NCBI GenBank assembly: GCA_963540875.1 | Contig: CAUTQZ010000006.1 | Location: 1,225-65,224 of the forward strand | From: an uncultured Acholeplasmataceae bacterium | Lineage (GTDB): Bacteria; Bacillota_I; Bacilli_A; Acholeplasmatales; Acholeplasmataceae | Direction: 5' to 3' | Length of the DNA stretch: 64,000 nt | In this document: in pieces, positions 16,575 through 26,520 of the stretch | Numbering within the stretch: position 1 is the stretch's first letter | How the letters are laid out: the number at the start of each line of letters is the position of its first letter | Translations under genes and position numbers: made by a program | Notes under the pieces: generated by a model | What the model was told of the DNA's origin: nothing | Database searches by the model: none | What the model saw: only the letters and a program-made list of their open reading frames with translations

Positions 16575-18309
16575 AAATTAACTGCTCCAATATATTATTT
16601 AGTTCATTTAATCTTTTAGTTATCCCACTATATAGAGCTTGGTTAGAGTAATCTAACCCTCCTGCTTTAGCAATCTCTAAAGTTGGTTTAGAACCACCAA
16701 GTGATAACATTTTAATAAATTTAGTAAAGTCTTTACTCTCTTTAATTTGTTCATATATAGCCAGTGAGCCTGCAATAGATGTTGCATATTTATAAACATA
16801 AAAAGGAGATTCAAATATATGTGGTACATATGCCCATAAGAAGCCTTTATATATTTCAGGAGTAATATCTATATCATAATAGTTTTTAAATAGTTCTTTA
16901 ATTATATTATTATAATCCTCGTAAGTTAAGAGCTCATCTTTGCTTTCTGCTAGATGAACCTTATATTCAAATTCTGCAAGAAGTACCTGGCCATAAAAAG
17001 TAGAGATTATATTTTTAATTGCATTTTCTACTAAATAGATCTTCTCATCTAAAGAAGTATTATCTTTACTTAATAAATAATCATATAAGTTATGCTCATT
17101 TATAGTTGAAGCAATTTCTGCAATAAAGATGGGATAGCCTTCATTAACACTATCCTGATGCTCTTTAGCATATATATAATGGACTGAATGGCCTGCTTCA
17201 TGGGCTAGCGTGAAGATGTCTTCAAGTGAACTATCATAATTTATTAAAATATATGGCTTACTTAACTCACAAGCATAAGAGAAAGCCCCACTTGCTTTAC
17301 CATCTCTTGGGTATACATCAACATATCCATCACTTATAACACTTTTTGCTTTAGCAATATAATCACTAGGATATAAATTACTAAGTGAGGCTAAAAATAG
17401 ATCCTTTGCTTCTTGATAAGAATACTTGGTATTATTTTCAATCATATTGATGTATTGGTCAAAACTTCTAAGTGAGGTTAAACCTAGATAGTCCTTTTTG
17501 ATTTTTAGAAATCTTTTTACCTCACTAGTATTTTTATTAGTAAATTCTAATAAATTAAGAAATACAGATTTACTAATATTATCGCCTTCTAAAAACATAT
17601 CTAGAAAATGATTATACTTTCTTAGTTTAGCATTCTTTATATTATTAGCAACTATATCGTGATATATTTCATAATAAGAATATTTATTTTCTTCATAGTG
17701 TGAATAGATTGCCTTAAAGATTTCATATCTTTTTTTAGGGTCTCGTTCTTTACTAATTAAATTAGTCCAGTTAGCCTCAGTTATTTCTACGCCATCTATT
17801 TGATGATACTTTCTATCAGCTACAGCAAGGGTTGAGTGAAGTTTAACTGCTGTTTCTGATGGAGCAAAAACTGATAAAAGTTTTTCTTCAGCAGGGGTTA
17901 GATTATGTTTTTTAGTTCTTATAATTTCTTTAATGCTAAATAGATAAGTTTTAGTGTCACTGTCATTTTTTACTTGATTAACTATTTCCTTACTTAATCC
18001 TGCAATCTCGTTATCAACCCATGAAGTATTAGTTGCGTAATCCGTACCAAGATTAGAAATAAGTTTTTCCTTAATAATATATTCTTGCTTTCTTTGGTCT
18101 TGTTCTAAAAGCATCGTAGTATAAAAACTAAGTTTAGATAATATATTACCAACTTTAGTATCAAATAAAAGAAACTCTTTTAATACTTTAAAATCACTTA
18201 ATTTATTTTGATACTTTAATAATTTGTTAAGATTATTTTTTACAAATTCAACATCTTTATTAAATTCGTCTTCTGTTGAATATAGTTCATTAAAATTCCA
18301 TCTATCCAT
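16552..18309 (-). CDS. pepF: Oligoendopeptidase F (M3B)
   Basis: Zinc motif LAHEAGHSVH with a downstream FIAEIAST glutamate. Length and overall pattern are typical of PepF. Confidence 0.9.
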   Translation of the reverse strand: MDRWNFNELYSTEDEFNKDVEFVKNNLNKLLKYQNKLSDFKVLKEFLLFDTKVGNILSKLSFYTTMLLEQDQRKQEYIIKEKLISNLGTDYATNTSWVDNEIAGLSKEIVNQVKNDSDTKTYLFSIKEIIRTKKHNLTPAEEKLLSVFAPSETAVKLHSTLAVADRKYHQIDGVEITEANWTNLISKERDPKKRYEIFKAIYSHYEENKYSYYEIYHDIVANNIKNAKLRKYNHFLDMFLEGDNISKSVFLNLLEFTNKNTSEVKRFLKIKKDYLGLTSLRSFDQYINMIENNTKYSYQEAKDLFLASLSNLYPSDYIAKAKSVISDGYVDVYPRDGKASGAFSYACELSKPYILINYDSSLEDIFTLAHEAGHSVHYIYAKEHQDSVNEGYPIFIAEIASTINEHNLYDYLLSKDNTSLDEKIYLVENAIKNIISTFYGQVLLAEFEYKVHLAESKDELLTYEDYNNIIKELFKNYYDIDITPEIYKGFLWAYVPHIFESPFYVYKYATSIAGSLAIYEQIKESKDFTKFIKMLSLGGSKPTLEIAKAGGLDYSNQALYSGITKRLNELNNILEQLIYEKNTTK

Positions 18310-19237
18310 TACTTTCTTGATACTCCTTTAAATAATTGTCTATGTAGTTATTATCAATAAATAGTTTTTGCCCATTTAAATAATCTTTAACTAACATCTC
18401 TTTTTTGCCTGCTTGCTGCAAAAATAGTACTCTTAAATAATAATCCCTTGTACCAATAAGAAGTTCGTCTTTATTAACTTTAATATGATATGGTTTAGAT
18501 TTTATCTTAGTAGTATCTGCTTTAATAATTTTTACTAAAGTATTACTTACTTTAATGAATGCGCCAGGGGTAAGTGATAGCGCTCTTATTTTATTATTTA
18601 CTACTTGAGCATTTTGCATAAGGTCTAATATTTGGCTGCTATAGCCCATATTATACGCATACGTGGCTTTAGTTTCATCTTGCTTTACTTCTTTAAAATC
18701 ATTTATATTAGCTAAATATTTAATTATCATTTCTCCGGCCTTATTAGCAAGTCTTAAAGTAAGCTCGGTTTTATTTTCATTAGCTAATATATCTATTGCT
18801 TCTTGATAAAGAATTGGGCCTGCATCCATTTTTTTAACTAATCGCATAATTGTTATACCAGTGATGGGGTCTCCGTTTAAAAGGGCATACTCGATTGGAG
18901 ATCCACCTCTATATTTGGGTAGAAGTGATGCGTGTAAATTGATTGTAAAATATTTATCTAATATTTCATCCGGAATCATTTTCCCATAAGCAGCAGTTAT
19001 TAGAATATCTGGTCTAATTAAATCAAGCTCACTTATAATTTCTTTTACCCTATCAGGGGTTATAACCTTAATACCTAGCCTAAGGGCGTCTTCTTTTACA
19101 AGTGATGGGGTTAAAATTTTCTTTCTACCTACGGGGCTATCTGTTTTAGAGACAACTAAAGAAATAGGATAGATTGAATTTATTTTTTTTAATATAATAC
19201 TAGCAAATAATGGGGTACCTAAAAAAACAATTTTCAT
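18302..19237 (-). CDS. fmt: Methionyl-tRNA formyltransferase
   Basis: MKIVFLGTP..., HASLLPKYRGGSPIEYALLNGD, and a C-terminal Fmt domain. Adjacent to priA as in Firmicutes. Confidence 0.95.
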   Translation of the reverse strand: MKIVFLGTPLFASIILKKINSIYPISLVVSKTDSPVGRKKILTPSLVKEDALRLGIKVITPDRVKEIISELDLIRPDILITAAYGKMIPDEILDKYFTINLHASLLPKYRGGSPIEYALLNGDPITGITIMRLVKKMDAGPILYQEAIDILANENKTELTLRLANKAGEMIIKYLANINDFKEVKQDETKATYAYNMGYSSQILDLMQNAQVVNNKIRALSLTPGAFIKVSNTLVKIIKADTTKIKSKPYHIKVNKDELLIGTRDYYLRVLFLQQAGKKEMLVKDYLNGQKLFIDNNYIDNYLKEYQESNG

Positions 19238-21039
19238 TAGTATATCTCGGGACTTGAATAAATTCTAATCCCTTCCTCCTTTCTAAGTTCTATATTAGAT
19301 AATAAATCCTTAATCTTTTTAATATCTAAATTATTATCTTTAATTGTAATTGCAAAATTATAATTATAACCATTATCTAAAAAAAGCTCACTTGGTCCGA
19401 TATAGTTATAATTATTTAGAAGTGAAATAATTTTTTTTGCTTTTTTATAAGTTAATAAATAACTATCACTATTTGCACTATAAATGATTTGATAATTATT
19501 TACTATCGGTGGTAGCAAAAGATTTTTTCTATTATCTAGTTCAAATTGGCTAAACTCAAAATAGTCTTTATTTAAAAAAGAATAAAAAAAAGAATAATTA
19601 TGTTCGCTTTGAATTACTACAGGATAGCTTGATTGTCTTTGAAATCTATTAATTAGCTGGTAGCTTTGTTCTAGTGAATTATACTGATTTAGAGCTAAGT
19701 CAAGATCAATATTTAATAAAATATATCTAGTATTTAACTTAAGATTTAAAAATTTATTAATCCCTTTTGAACCAACAATAATATTAAATTCTTTAGTATT
19801 AAGTTTTTTTAACTTAGTATAATTTCCATCCATTAAAAGAATCTTTTGGTCAGGAAATAGTTTTTTTAACTCACTATAAGTATACTCTAAGCCGTAGCCA
19901 TAATAGTTTATACTTCTCTCGTTGCAATATGGACAGTTATCCAAATAAGAGTATTGTTTATGACAACTTGGACAAAATACTATCTGTTTATACTCACTAT
20001 ATTTTAAGGCTTTTTGACAATCATTACATCTAATAATTTTTTTACAATGCCTGCAAAATAAGTATAGCGAATAATGTACTCTTGCATTATAGACTACTAC
20101 TTGTTCTTTAGAAGCAAGGCTACTTTTAATAATATTTATAATATCATCTGCGATACTGTATTTATTTAATTGCTTCCTTATATCTATAACTTCAGGCGCA
20201 GGGATTAAAAAATCATTTCTTATAACTTTAATTTCATCCTTAAATAGATGAATAAACTCAAGCGATGGATTAGAAAAATAGACAAGATCAAATTGATTAA
20301 ATGCTTGTTTATATTTCAATAAATCAACTAGTGAAAAAGATAATTTTTCATACTCGTTAGAACCAACATTTATATCATCTAAAATAATAAGTTTACTAAA
20401 TTTATTATCAAAAAATAATAACTCTTTTTGCGTAATGATTATTCCTTTATTATTAAAATAACTATTTATGGCCTCGTTTTGCTTTTTCTCTCCAGTATAT
20501 GGATGATTTATAAAAGGATTAAATTCTTTTAGTTCATTATAGTATTTATCCAATAAATGATAATCACTTGATGTAATAATAATTTGTTCATACTTACTAA
20601 TACTATCTTTTATATATTCTATCTTATCCATAAATTGATTAGGATTAAAAACTAATTTTGCTCCATTTGATAATAACTTATATTTTATTTTTTCGCTATT
20701 ATTAGTAATTGGTCTTAATTTAAAAAAGTTATTAGGAATAAGCGATAATAATAAAAGATTACTTGCTAGATTAGTTCTACTTTTCATATACTCATAAGTA
20801 TTAAAAAAAGCCTCATTTAAAATTGAGGTTTTTTCTATTTTTTTAATTTCTGATAAGTTTTTAATATCATTTTCATCATTAGAAATATCTATTACTACAC
20901 CAAAGGTTTGTTTGTTAGCAAATATTATTTGAACTATATCACCTTTTTTGATGTGTGGTTCTAAATCAAAAGGAATGTAATAGGAAAATAACTTATCTAA
21001 TTTTTCAGTTTTTCGATTAATTATTACCTTAGCAATCAT
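19237..21039 (-). CDS. priA: Primosomal protein N' (PriA)-like, lacking Walker A and DExH motifs
   Basis: Typical N-terminus (VIINRKTEKLDKLFSYYIP...KKGDIVQIIFANKQTFGVVIDI). Eight-Cys zinc region CRHCKKIIRCNDCQ...FCPSCH...NCPYC. There is no GxGK[ST] anywhere, and the DEEH position reads LIILDDIN. Confidence 0.8.
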   Translation of the reverse strand: MIAKVIINRKTEKLDKLFSYYIPFDLEPHIKKGDIVQIIFANKQTFGVVIDISNDENDIKNLSEIKKIEKTSILNEAFFNTYEYMKSRTNLASNLLLLSLIPNNFFKLRPITNNSEKIKYKLLSNGAKLVFNPNQFMDKIEYIKDSISKYEQIIITSSDYHLLDKYYNELKEFNPFINHPYTGEKKQNEAINSYFNNKGIIITQKELLFFDNKFSKLIILDDINVGSNEYEKLSFSLVDLLKYKQAFNQFDLVYFSNPSLEFIHLFKDEIKVIRNDFLIPAPEVIDIRKQLNKYSIADDIINIIKSSLASKEQVVVYNARVHYSLYLFCRHCKKIIRCNDCQKALKYSEYKQIVFCPSCHKQYSYLDNCPYCNERSINYYGYGLEYTYSELKKLFPDQKILLMDGNYTKLKKLNTKEFNIIVGSKGINKFLNLKLNTRYILLNIDLDLALNQYNSLEQSYQLINRFQRQSSYPVVIQSEHNYSFFYSFLNKDYFEFSQFELDNRKNLLLPPIVNNYQIIYSANSDSYLLTYKKAKKIISLLNNYNYIGPSELFLDNGYNYNFAITIKDNNLDIKKIKDLLSNIELRKEEGIRIYSSPEIY

Positions 21040-21377
21040 TTATTTAATGATGCTAGAATTTTATCTATTTTATTACCGTTTCGTAATGATTCGTCAAATT
21101 TAAAAATTAAATCAGGGATTTTTCTTGAGTCTTTAATTTTTTCTGCTAGCTCTTTTTTTATTCGTCCTTTAAAACGAGCTAGTTCACTTTTTGCTAGTTC
21201 AATATTGTCGTTATTATCATTTAAGATAGTAAAAAATACTGTTGCATAAGCGTGGTCTTTAGTTACTCTTACTTCAGTAAGGTTAATATAACCAATTTTG
21301 GTATTTTTAATAACCTCGTTAATAATATTAGATAAATAGCGATGAATTAAGCCTGCAAGGCGTTCACTTGATAACAT
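21036..21377 (-). CDS. rbfA: Ribosome-binding factor A
   Basis: 113 aa with an ERLAGLIHRYLSNII...VRVTKDHAYATVFF pattern. Directly downstream of infB. Confidence 0.9.
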   Translation of the reverse strand: MLSSERLAGLIHRYLSNIINEVIKNTKIGYINLTEVRVTKDHAYATVFFTILNDNNDNIELAKSELARFKGRIKKELAEKIKDSRKIPDLIFKFDESLRNGNKIDKILASLNK

Positions 21378-21378
21378 T

Positions 21379-23124
21379 TTATTCCTCGCTACTTTCTACC
21401 ATTTCATAAAACTCAATGATATCGCCAGTTTTATAGTCTTGATAGTTTTCTATCGTAAGACCTCCCTCAAGTCCTTGCTTAAGTTCTTTTTTATCATCTT
21501 TTAAATGCTTTAGCGATCCTATTTTATTTTGGTATACTACTACACCATCTCTAATAATACGACCAAAGCCGTTTCTTTTGCATAAACCAGAAGTAATAAA
21601 TACACCAGCAATTACACCTACTTTAGGGATCTTAAATAAATCTCTTACTTCAGCCTCACCAATAATTACTTCTTTTAGGTCTTGTTTTAATAGTCCTTTT
21701 TGCGCTTTTTCAATGTCTTCTTCGATATTATAAATAACGCTATATTCTCTTATTTCAACGCATCTTTCTTTAGAGAGGTTTCTTATATTATTATTAGGTT
21801 TTACATTAAAGCCAATAATAAAGGCTTTGGCAGTTTCTGCTAAAAGGATGTCTTTTTCAGTAATTGCACCTGCTTCTGATCTAACTACGTTAATATTAAA
21901 ATCATCATTATTAAATTTTGTTAATAAGTTTTTAATTGCTTCAATAGAACCCATTACATCTGATTTAATAATAACATTTAGTTCTTTTACATCTTTACTT
22001 GCTAAAAGGGCACTAAGTGATTTAGAATTATCGATACCATCTTTTTCTCTTTCTGCTCTTTTTTGTGAAGCAAGTTTGGCTTCTTTTTCATCTTTAAAAA
22101 CCATAAACTTATCACCTGCAAGCGGGACATCTTGAATACCTGTAATCTCTACTGGTTGTGAAGGAATAGCAGTTTTAATCAGTTTACCAAAATCATTTTT
22201 AATAGTTCTTACCTTACCATATGTTTTTCCTATTACAAGATAGTCTCCTACCTTTAGGGTACCATTGGCTACAATAAGAGATGCCACTGCACCCATTCCT
22301 TTATCAAGGCGTGCTTCAATAACAGTTCCACTTGCCTGGGTGTTAGGATTAGCCTTTAGTTCATGTAGGTCTGCTACCATCAAAATAGTATCTAGAAGTT
22401 TATCAATATTTTTATTATGTTTAGCCGATATTTCAACTACTGGGTTGTCTCCGCCCCAATCTTCAGGCTGAACACCATATTCTGTTAATTTAGTTTTAAT
22501 TTGTTCTATTTTAGCATTAGGCTTATCAATTTTATTTATTGCTACAATTATAGGAACTTTGGCTACTTTGGCATGTTCTATGGCTTCAATAGTTTGAGGC
22601 ATAATGCCATCATCAGCGGCTACTACTAATATAACTATATCCGTAACTTTAGCTCCCCTTGATCTCATTTCAGTAAAAGCAGCATGTCCTGGAGTATCAA
22701 TAAAAGTCATTACCTCATTATTTTTTTCTACCTGGTAAGCTGCTATATGTTGAGTAATGCCCCCTGATTCACCAAGGGCAATTCTAGTTTTTTTAATGGC
22801 GTCAATAAGGGTAGTTTTTCCATGGTCAACATGGCCCATAATAGTAATAATTGGTGCTCTTTTAACTAGGTTTTTAGGGTCTTCTTTTATAACTATTTCA
22901 TCATATCTTGAATCGTCTACTTCAGCTTCTAATTTAAAATCATATCCTAGTTCTACTGCAATAAGCTCAGCCGTATCTTTATCAAGGGGCATATTTATAT
23001 TAGCCATTACTCCTAATTGCATTAACTTTTTAATTATTTCTACTGGAGCGAGGCCAAGTGATTTAGCAATATCACTTATTGACATATTATTTTTATAGAT
23101 CAATTCTTTTTTGTTTTTAGCCAT
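21379..23124 (-). CDS. infB: Translation initiation factor IF-2 (short N-terminus)
   Basis: G domain [28 protein letters not shown] prefer the ATG at 23124 (GGAG 9 nt upstream) over the track start at 23133, which abuts the SD. Confidence 0.95.
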   Translation of the reverse strand: MAKNKKELIYKNNMSISDIAKSLGLAPVEIIKKLMQLGVMANINMPLDKDTAELIAVELGYDFKLEAEVDDSRYDEIVIKEDPKNLVKRAPIITIMGHVDHGKTTLIDAIKKTRIALGESGGITQHIAAYQVEKNNEVMTFIDTPGHAAFTEMRSRGAKVTDIVILVVAADDGIMPQTIEAIEHAKVAKVPIIVAINKIDKPNAKIEQIKTKLTEYGVQPEDWGGDNPVVEISAKHNKNIDKLLDTILMVADLHELKANPNTQASGTVIEARLDKGMGAVASLIVANGTLKVGDYLVIGKTYGKVRTIKNDFGKLIKTAIPSQPVEITGIQDVPLAGDKFMVFKDEKEAKLASQKRAEREKDGIDNSKSLSALLASKDVKELNVIIKSDVMGSIEAIKNLLTKFNNDDFNINVVRSEAGAITEKDILLAETAKAFIIGFNVKPNNNIRNLSKERCVEIREYSVIYNIEEDIEKAQKGLLKQDLKEVIIGEAEVRDLFKIPKVGVIAGVFITSGLCKRNGFGRIIRDGVVVYQNKIGSLKHLKDDKKELKQGLEGGLTIENYQDYKTGDIIEFYEMVESSEE

Positions 23125-23419
23125 TACTCTCATCTCCTTTAATAGCTTTTATTTTGTTTGCTAGTCCTAAATCAAGTACTCCTATAACTTTAGGAGGATT
23201 ATCCTTATATACTTTTAATAATATATTATTATCTATTATTAAATAGTCTATTAAGTAGTAGTTAGCCTTATCGCTAAATTTTTTAATTGTATTACTACTA
23301 GCATCACTTGATATAAGCACTAGTTTTACTGCTTTAGTTTTTATTTTTTCTAAAACTTTATCAGATCCACTAATAACTAGTCCTGCTTTCCTAGCTAGTC
23401 CTAAGTAGTTTTGGATCAT
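23117..23419 (-). CDS. ylxQ: L7Ae-family RNA-binding protein YlxQ
   Basis: 100 aa with LGLARKAGLVISG...VKLVLISSDAS. Sits between nusA and infB as in Bacillus. Confidence 0.8.
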   Translation of the reverse strand: MIQNYLGLARKAGLVISGSDKVLEKIKTKAVKLVLISSDASSNTIKKFSDKANYYLIDYLIIDNNILLKVYKDNPPKVIGVLDLGLANKIKAIKGDESNG

Positions 23420-24558
23420 TTAATTTTAGCTGTACTTTCTTTTATTTTTTTAAGATCTTCACTAGTTAGTTCAATATTTAGTTCTTTTGCTTCAGAGACT
23501 GATTTAATATCAATATTCCACCCAGTTGCTCTAACTGCAAGTTGTACGTTTTGTCCTTTATTACCAATGGCAAGAGATAATTGATCATCAGGGACAATCG
23601 CACGGGCTTTTTTCTCAACTGTATTTATATCAAATACTTTAATAACATCTGCGGGTTGTAATGCGTTTGTTATTAAAGTAGGGATATCATCAGACCATTT
23701 AAATAGATCAATTTTTTCACCACGAAGGGAGTTTTGTACATCATTTATTCTTAATTTTGCCTCACCAATACAAGCCCCAATTGGATCTACATTAGGATCA
23801 TATGAAATAACTCCTACTTTAGACCTATCTCCTGCTTCTCTTGCTATTGCTTTAATTTCTACAATACCTTCTTTAATTTCAGGTACTGTTTCACTAAGTA
23901 GAGATGTTACTACTTCATTTTTTGTACGTGATACATATACTACTAAATGTTTTTCTCTTTCTTTATCAACTGAAGTAATTAGTACTGATACTACTGCGTT
24001 AACATGTAATCTATCATTAGGGAGAATATCTTTTTTAGGTAATAGAGTAGTTACTTCATGCCCTATATCAAGCATACATTGTCCGTCTGCTTCCATTGAG
24101 ATAACTCTTCCTTTAATAACAGTATTTTCTCTTGCTTTAAAGTAGTTATATAATAGTTCTTTTTGCGCTTTTAAAATTCCATCGCGAAGAGAGTTTTTAA
24201 CTATTCTGGCTGATGAATAAGAAAACTGTTGTGGATCTACTTCTTCTTCAAGAATGTCACCAATTTTAATACGTGGTTTTATTTTTTTGGCTTCAATAAC
24301 TGATATTTGGGTCATCTTCATTAGAGCTGGGTCCATACTTTCACGGTTTAAGTTATATTCACCTACAACAAGTCTTTGCTTATATACGTTTAGTTCGCCT
24401 TTTTCTTCGTTTAGCTCTACTCTACAAGTTTTTACTTGGCCATCTTTTTTACAGCCTGATACTAGCGCTTGTTTAAAAATTTCAATAACTTGTTCTTTTG
24501 GAACATTATTGTCTTTTGCTACATTATCTAAGAGACTTGATAAATTTTTCCTTGTCAT
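23416..24558 (-). CDS. nusA: Transcription termination/antitermination factor NusA
   Basis: S1 plus two KH domain pattern (GDRSKVGVISYDPNVDPIGACIGEAKLRI..., LSLAIGNKGQNVQLAVRATGWNIDI). Confidence 0.95.
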   Translation of the reverse strand: MTRKNLSSLLDNVAKDNNVPKEQVIEIFKQALVSGCKKDGQVKTCRVELNEEKGELNVYKQRLVVGEYNLNRESMDPALMKMTQISVIEAKKIKPRIKIGDILEEEVDPQQFSYSSARIVKNSLRDGILKAQKELLYNYFKARENTVIKGRVISMEADGQCMLDIGHEVTTLLPKKDILPNDRLHVNAVVSVLITSVDKEREKHLVVYVSRTKNEVVTSLLSETVPEIKEGIVEIKAIAREAGDRSKVGVISYDPNVDPIGACIGEAKLRINDVQNSLRGEKIDLFKWSDDIPTLITNALQPADVIKVFDINTVEKKARAIVPDDQLSLAIGNKGQNVQLAVRATGWNIDIKSVSEAKELNIELTSEDLKKIKESTAKIK

Positions 24559-24561
24559 TTT

Positions 24562-24996
24562 TTACACCTTCACTGCCGTTCTTATTTTTCTTAGTTCATT
24601 ATATTTAATGGTTATTTTTTTAATTCTTCCTTTAAGATTTACTTCAAATATTAGTTCATTATTTATTATTGCTCTTAAATAGCCATAACCATTATACTCA
24701 GGGGAGTTTATAAATAGATATTTATCTATGTGATTATTTAGCTCCAAAAGGGTATCTATTGGATATTCTGCTCCTACAGATGATACTTCAAGATAATATC
24801 CATCAGGCATAATATCATCAATTAAATCTAAAATATCTAGATGAATTTGATCTGGTTCTAAATAGTAATTATCTCCTTTAAGAATAATCTCTATTATATT
24901 ATCTATGCCATAATCTTTTTTTATTTTTAAAGAATATAATATAAGTTTTTTATTATCGAGGTAAGATTTAATTTTTTCTTTTATTTGGTTAATAAT
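24562..24996 (-). CDS. rimP: Ribosome maturation factor RimP, proposed ATT start
   Basis: The track ORF (24562..24810) extends in frame to a TAA at 25003..25005. The extension reads DNIINQIKEKIKSYLDNKKLILYSLKIKKDYGIDNIIEIILKGDN..., a RimP N-domain pattern. No ATG/GTG/TTG is available. In-frame ATT codons lie at 24996 and 24993, downstream of AAAGGA. Confidence 0.8.
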   Translation of the reverse strand: MINQIKEKIKSYLDNKKLILYSLKIKKDYGIDNIIEIILKGDNYYLEPDQIHLDILDLIDDIMPDGYYLEVSSVGAEYPIDTLLELNNHIDKYLFINSPEYNGYGYLRAIINNELIFEVNLKGRIKKITIKYNELRKIRTAVKV

Positions 24997-25017
24997 ATTA
25001 TCTTAAATCCTTTCTTT

Positions 25018-25052
25018 ATAAAAACGAGCAGAACTAATTTAGTTCTACTCGT
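25018..25052 (-). terminator. Intrinsic terminator-like hairpin plus U-tract: terminator of the AAA ATPase gene and/or leader attenuator of the rimP-nusA operon
   Basis: Minus strand reads ACGAGTAGAACT-AAATT-AGTTCTGCTCGT (12 bp with one G-U), followed by TTTTTAT. It lies between a promoter-like element and the rimP SD. Confidence 0.7.
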
Positions 25053-25058
25053 AAATTT

Positions 25059-25087
25059 ATTTTATCACAATCTAATAGTATATCCAA
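25059..25087 (-). promoter_or_regulatory. Sigma-A-type promoter candidate for rimP-nusA-infB
   Basis: Minus strand: TTGGAT (25087..25082), 17-nt spacer, TGATAAAAT (extended -10; TAAAAT at 25064..25059). Confidence 0.55.
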
Positions 25088-25092
25088 ATAAT

Positions 25093-26376
25093 TTAGTCTT
25101 TTAGACAGCCTATAGGAACTATATAAACTCCATCGTCTCTACGATAGCCATATTCTGTAGCTGTAATAATAATTTTTAAATCAGGTTCTCTTAATTTTAT
25201 TTGCTTATTTTTTAGGTTATAATCTTTTATAAGACTTTCTAGTTTTAATAAATTTTTAGCTGCTTTATCAAACTCAGTTGCTCCTAATTTAAACTCAATT
25301 AGCGCATATCTTCCGTCTTCAAGATGTAAAATTGCATCTGATTCTAAACCATAAGCATCATGATAATAAGATACTTTGCCTCTTAAAATAGATGAATATA
25401 TTTTTAAATCTCTTATGCAAAGGCATTCGAATAGAAAACCTAGAGTTTTAAAATCATTATTAAAATATTCTGGTGAAATACCTAGGGCAGCAACTGCTAG
25501 AGATGGGTCTATAAAGTTTCTCTTTTTACTACTTCTAATGCTTGTTTTAGAACGTATAGCTGGAGACCACGCAGGTATATCTTCAATAATAAATAGTTGT
25601 TTTAAGTTATCTATGTAATCATAAAATGTTCTTTCAGATATATTATTATTTTGTTTTACATCTTCATATATTACTTTATTATTAGCAAGTGTTGCAATAT
25701 TTCTTGCATAAGAATGAAGAATAGCTTCAGCTAATTCTGGATTTCTTTTTATGTTATATAAATTAGATATATCATGATAACAAGTTTGATGATAAAGATC
25801 TTTAGCAATATTTAATTGTTGATCTTTTTTTATAATACCAATAGTTTGTGGCCATCCGCCTCTACATATTGCAAATATTAGCTCATCTATTGTTAAATTA
25901 CTCTTACAATCATTAAATTTATTATTAAATAAATCAAGTAGTGATACCATACCATTGGACTCGCTGGTTTCATATAAACTCATCGGATACATAGTCATTT
26001 CTGATATTCGCATAGTTCCACTATGAGGTCGATTAACAATAACCGAAGATGACCCTGTCAACATATATAAACCTTTTTCCTGTTCGTCATCAATAGATTT
26101 TCTAACAGCACCCCATATTTTCGGTATATCTTGCCATTCATCAATTAGAATTGGTTTTTCACCTTTAAGTAATTTAGAAGGCATAACATTAGCGGTTTTA
26201 ATATATTGTTCTCTTTTATCTTCGTCTTGCAATTCTATTATTGTTTTTGCTTTCCTTGCAGCAGTGGTAGTCTTACCGCAACCTTTTGGCCCAATAATTA
26301 ATACGCCACCAAAAGTTTCCAGTTTGTCATCTAAAATTTTATCTGCAAGTCTTGCTTTATATTCTTTTATTTTCAT
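25093..26376 (-). CDS. AAA-family ATPase with C-terminal DUF4143/PD-(D/E)xK-like domain (COG1373 type)
   Basis: Walker A IIGPKGCGKTT, Walker B PILIDEWQ, and a C-terminal D...E.K-like GLESDAILHLEDGRYALIEFKLG. It has its own promoter-like element and terminator. Confidence 0.8.
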   Translation of the reverse strand: MKIKEYKARLADKILDDKLETFGGVLIIGPKGCGKTTTAARKAKTIIELQDEDKREQYIKTANVMPSKLLKGEKPILIDEWQDIPKIWGAVRKSIDDEQEKGLYMLTGSSSVIVNRPHSGTMRISEMTMYPMSLYETSESNGMVSLLDLFNNKFNDCKSNLTIDELIFAICRGGWPQTIGIIKKDQQLNIAKDLYHQTCYHDISNLYNIKRNPELAEAILHSYARNIATLANNKVIYEDVKQNNNISERTFYDYIDNLKQLFIIEDIPAWSPAIRSKTSIRSSKKRNFIDPSLAVAALGISPEYFNNDFKTLGFLFECLCIRDLKIYSSILRGKVSYYHDAYGLESDAILHLEDGRYALIEFKLGATEFDKAAKNLLKLESLIKDYNLKNKQIKLREPDLKIIITATEYGYRRDDGVYIVPIGCLKD

Positions 26377-26391
26377 ATTACCACCAATATA

Positions 26392-26420
26392 ATTTTACAA
26401 TATTATTATAATATTATCAA
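26392..26420 (-). promoter_or_regulatory. Promoter candidate for the AAA ATPase gene
   Basis: Minus strand: TTGATA (26420..26415), 17 nt, TAAAAT (26397..26392). This leaves a very short leader before GGTGG and the ATG, so the call is tentative. Confidence 0.3.
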
Positions 26421-26435
26421 TTATAAGAACTTTTA

Positions 26436-26520
26436 TTGCAGACTTTTCGGCTTTTTTGCTGCAGAGATTTCGGCTTTTTTGTTGCAGACATTTCGGCTTT
26501 TTTGTTGCAGACTTTTCGGG
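26436..26520. repeat. 3.7 tandem copies of a 23-nt unit (TTGCAGACTTTTCGGCTTTTTTG)
   Basis: Units lie at 26436..26458, 26459..26481 and 26482..26504, with a partial unit at 26505..26520. The last unit merges into the hairpin TTTCGGG-TAAAA-CCCGAAA (26514..26532), 5 nt from the 3' end of tRNA-Gly. Confidence 0.9.

Noticed and set aside
26436-26520. Possible CRISPR array
   Set aside because: The 23-nt units are directly adjacent with no spacers, there are only ~3.7 copies, and no cas genes are present. This is a simple tandem repeat.
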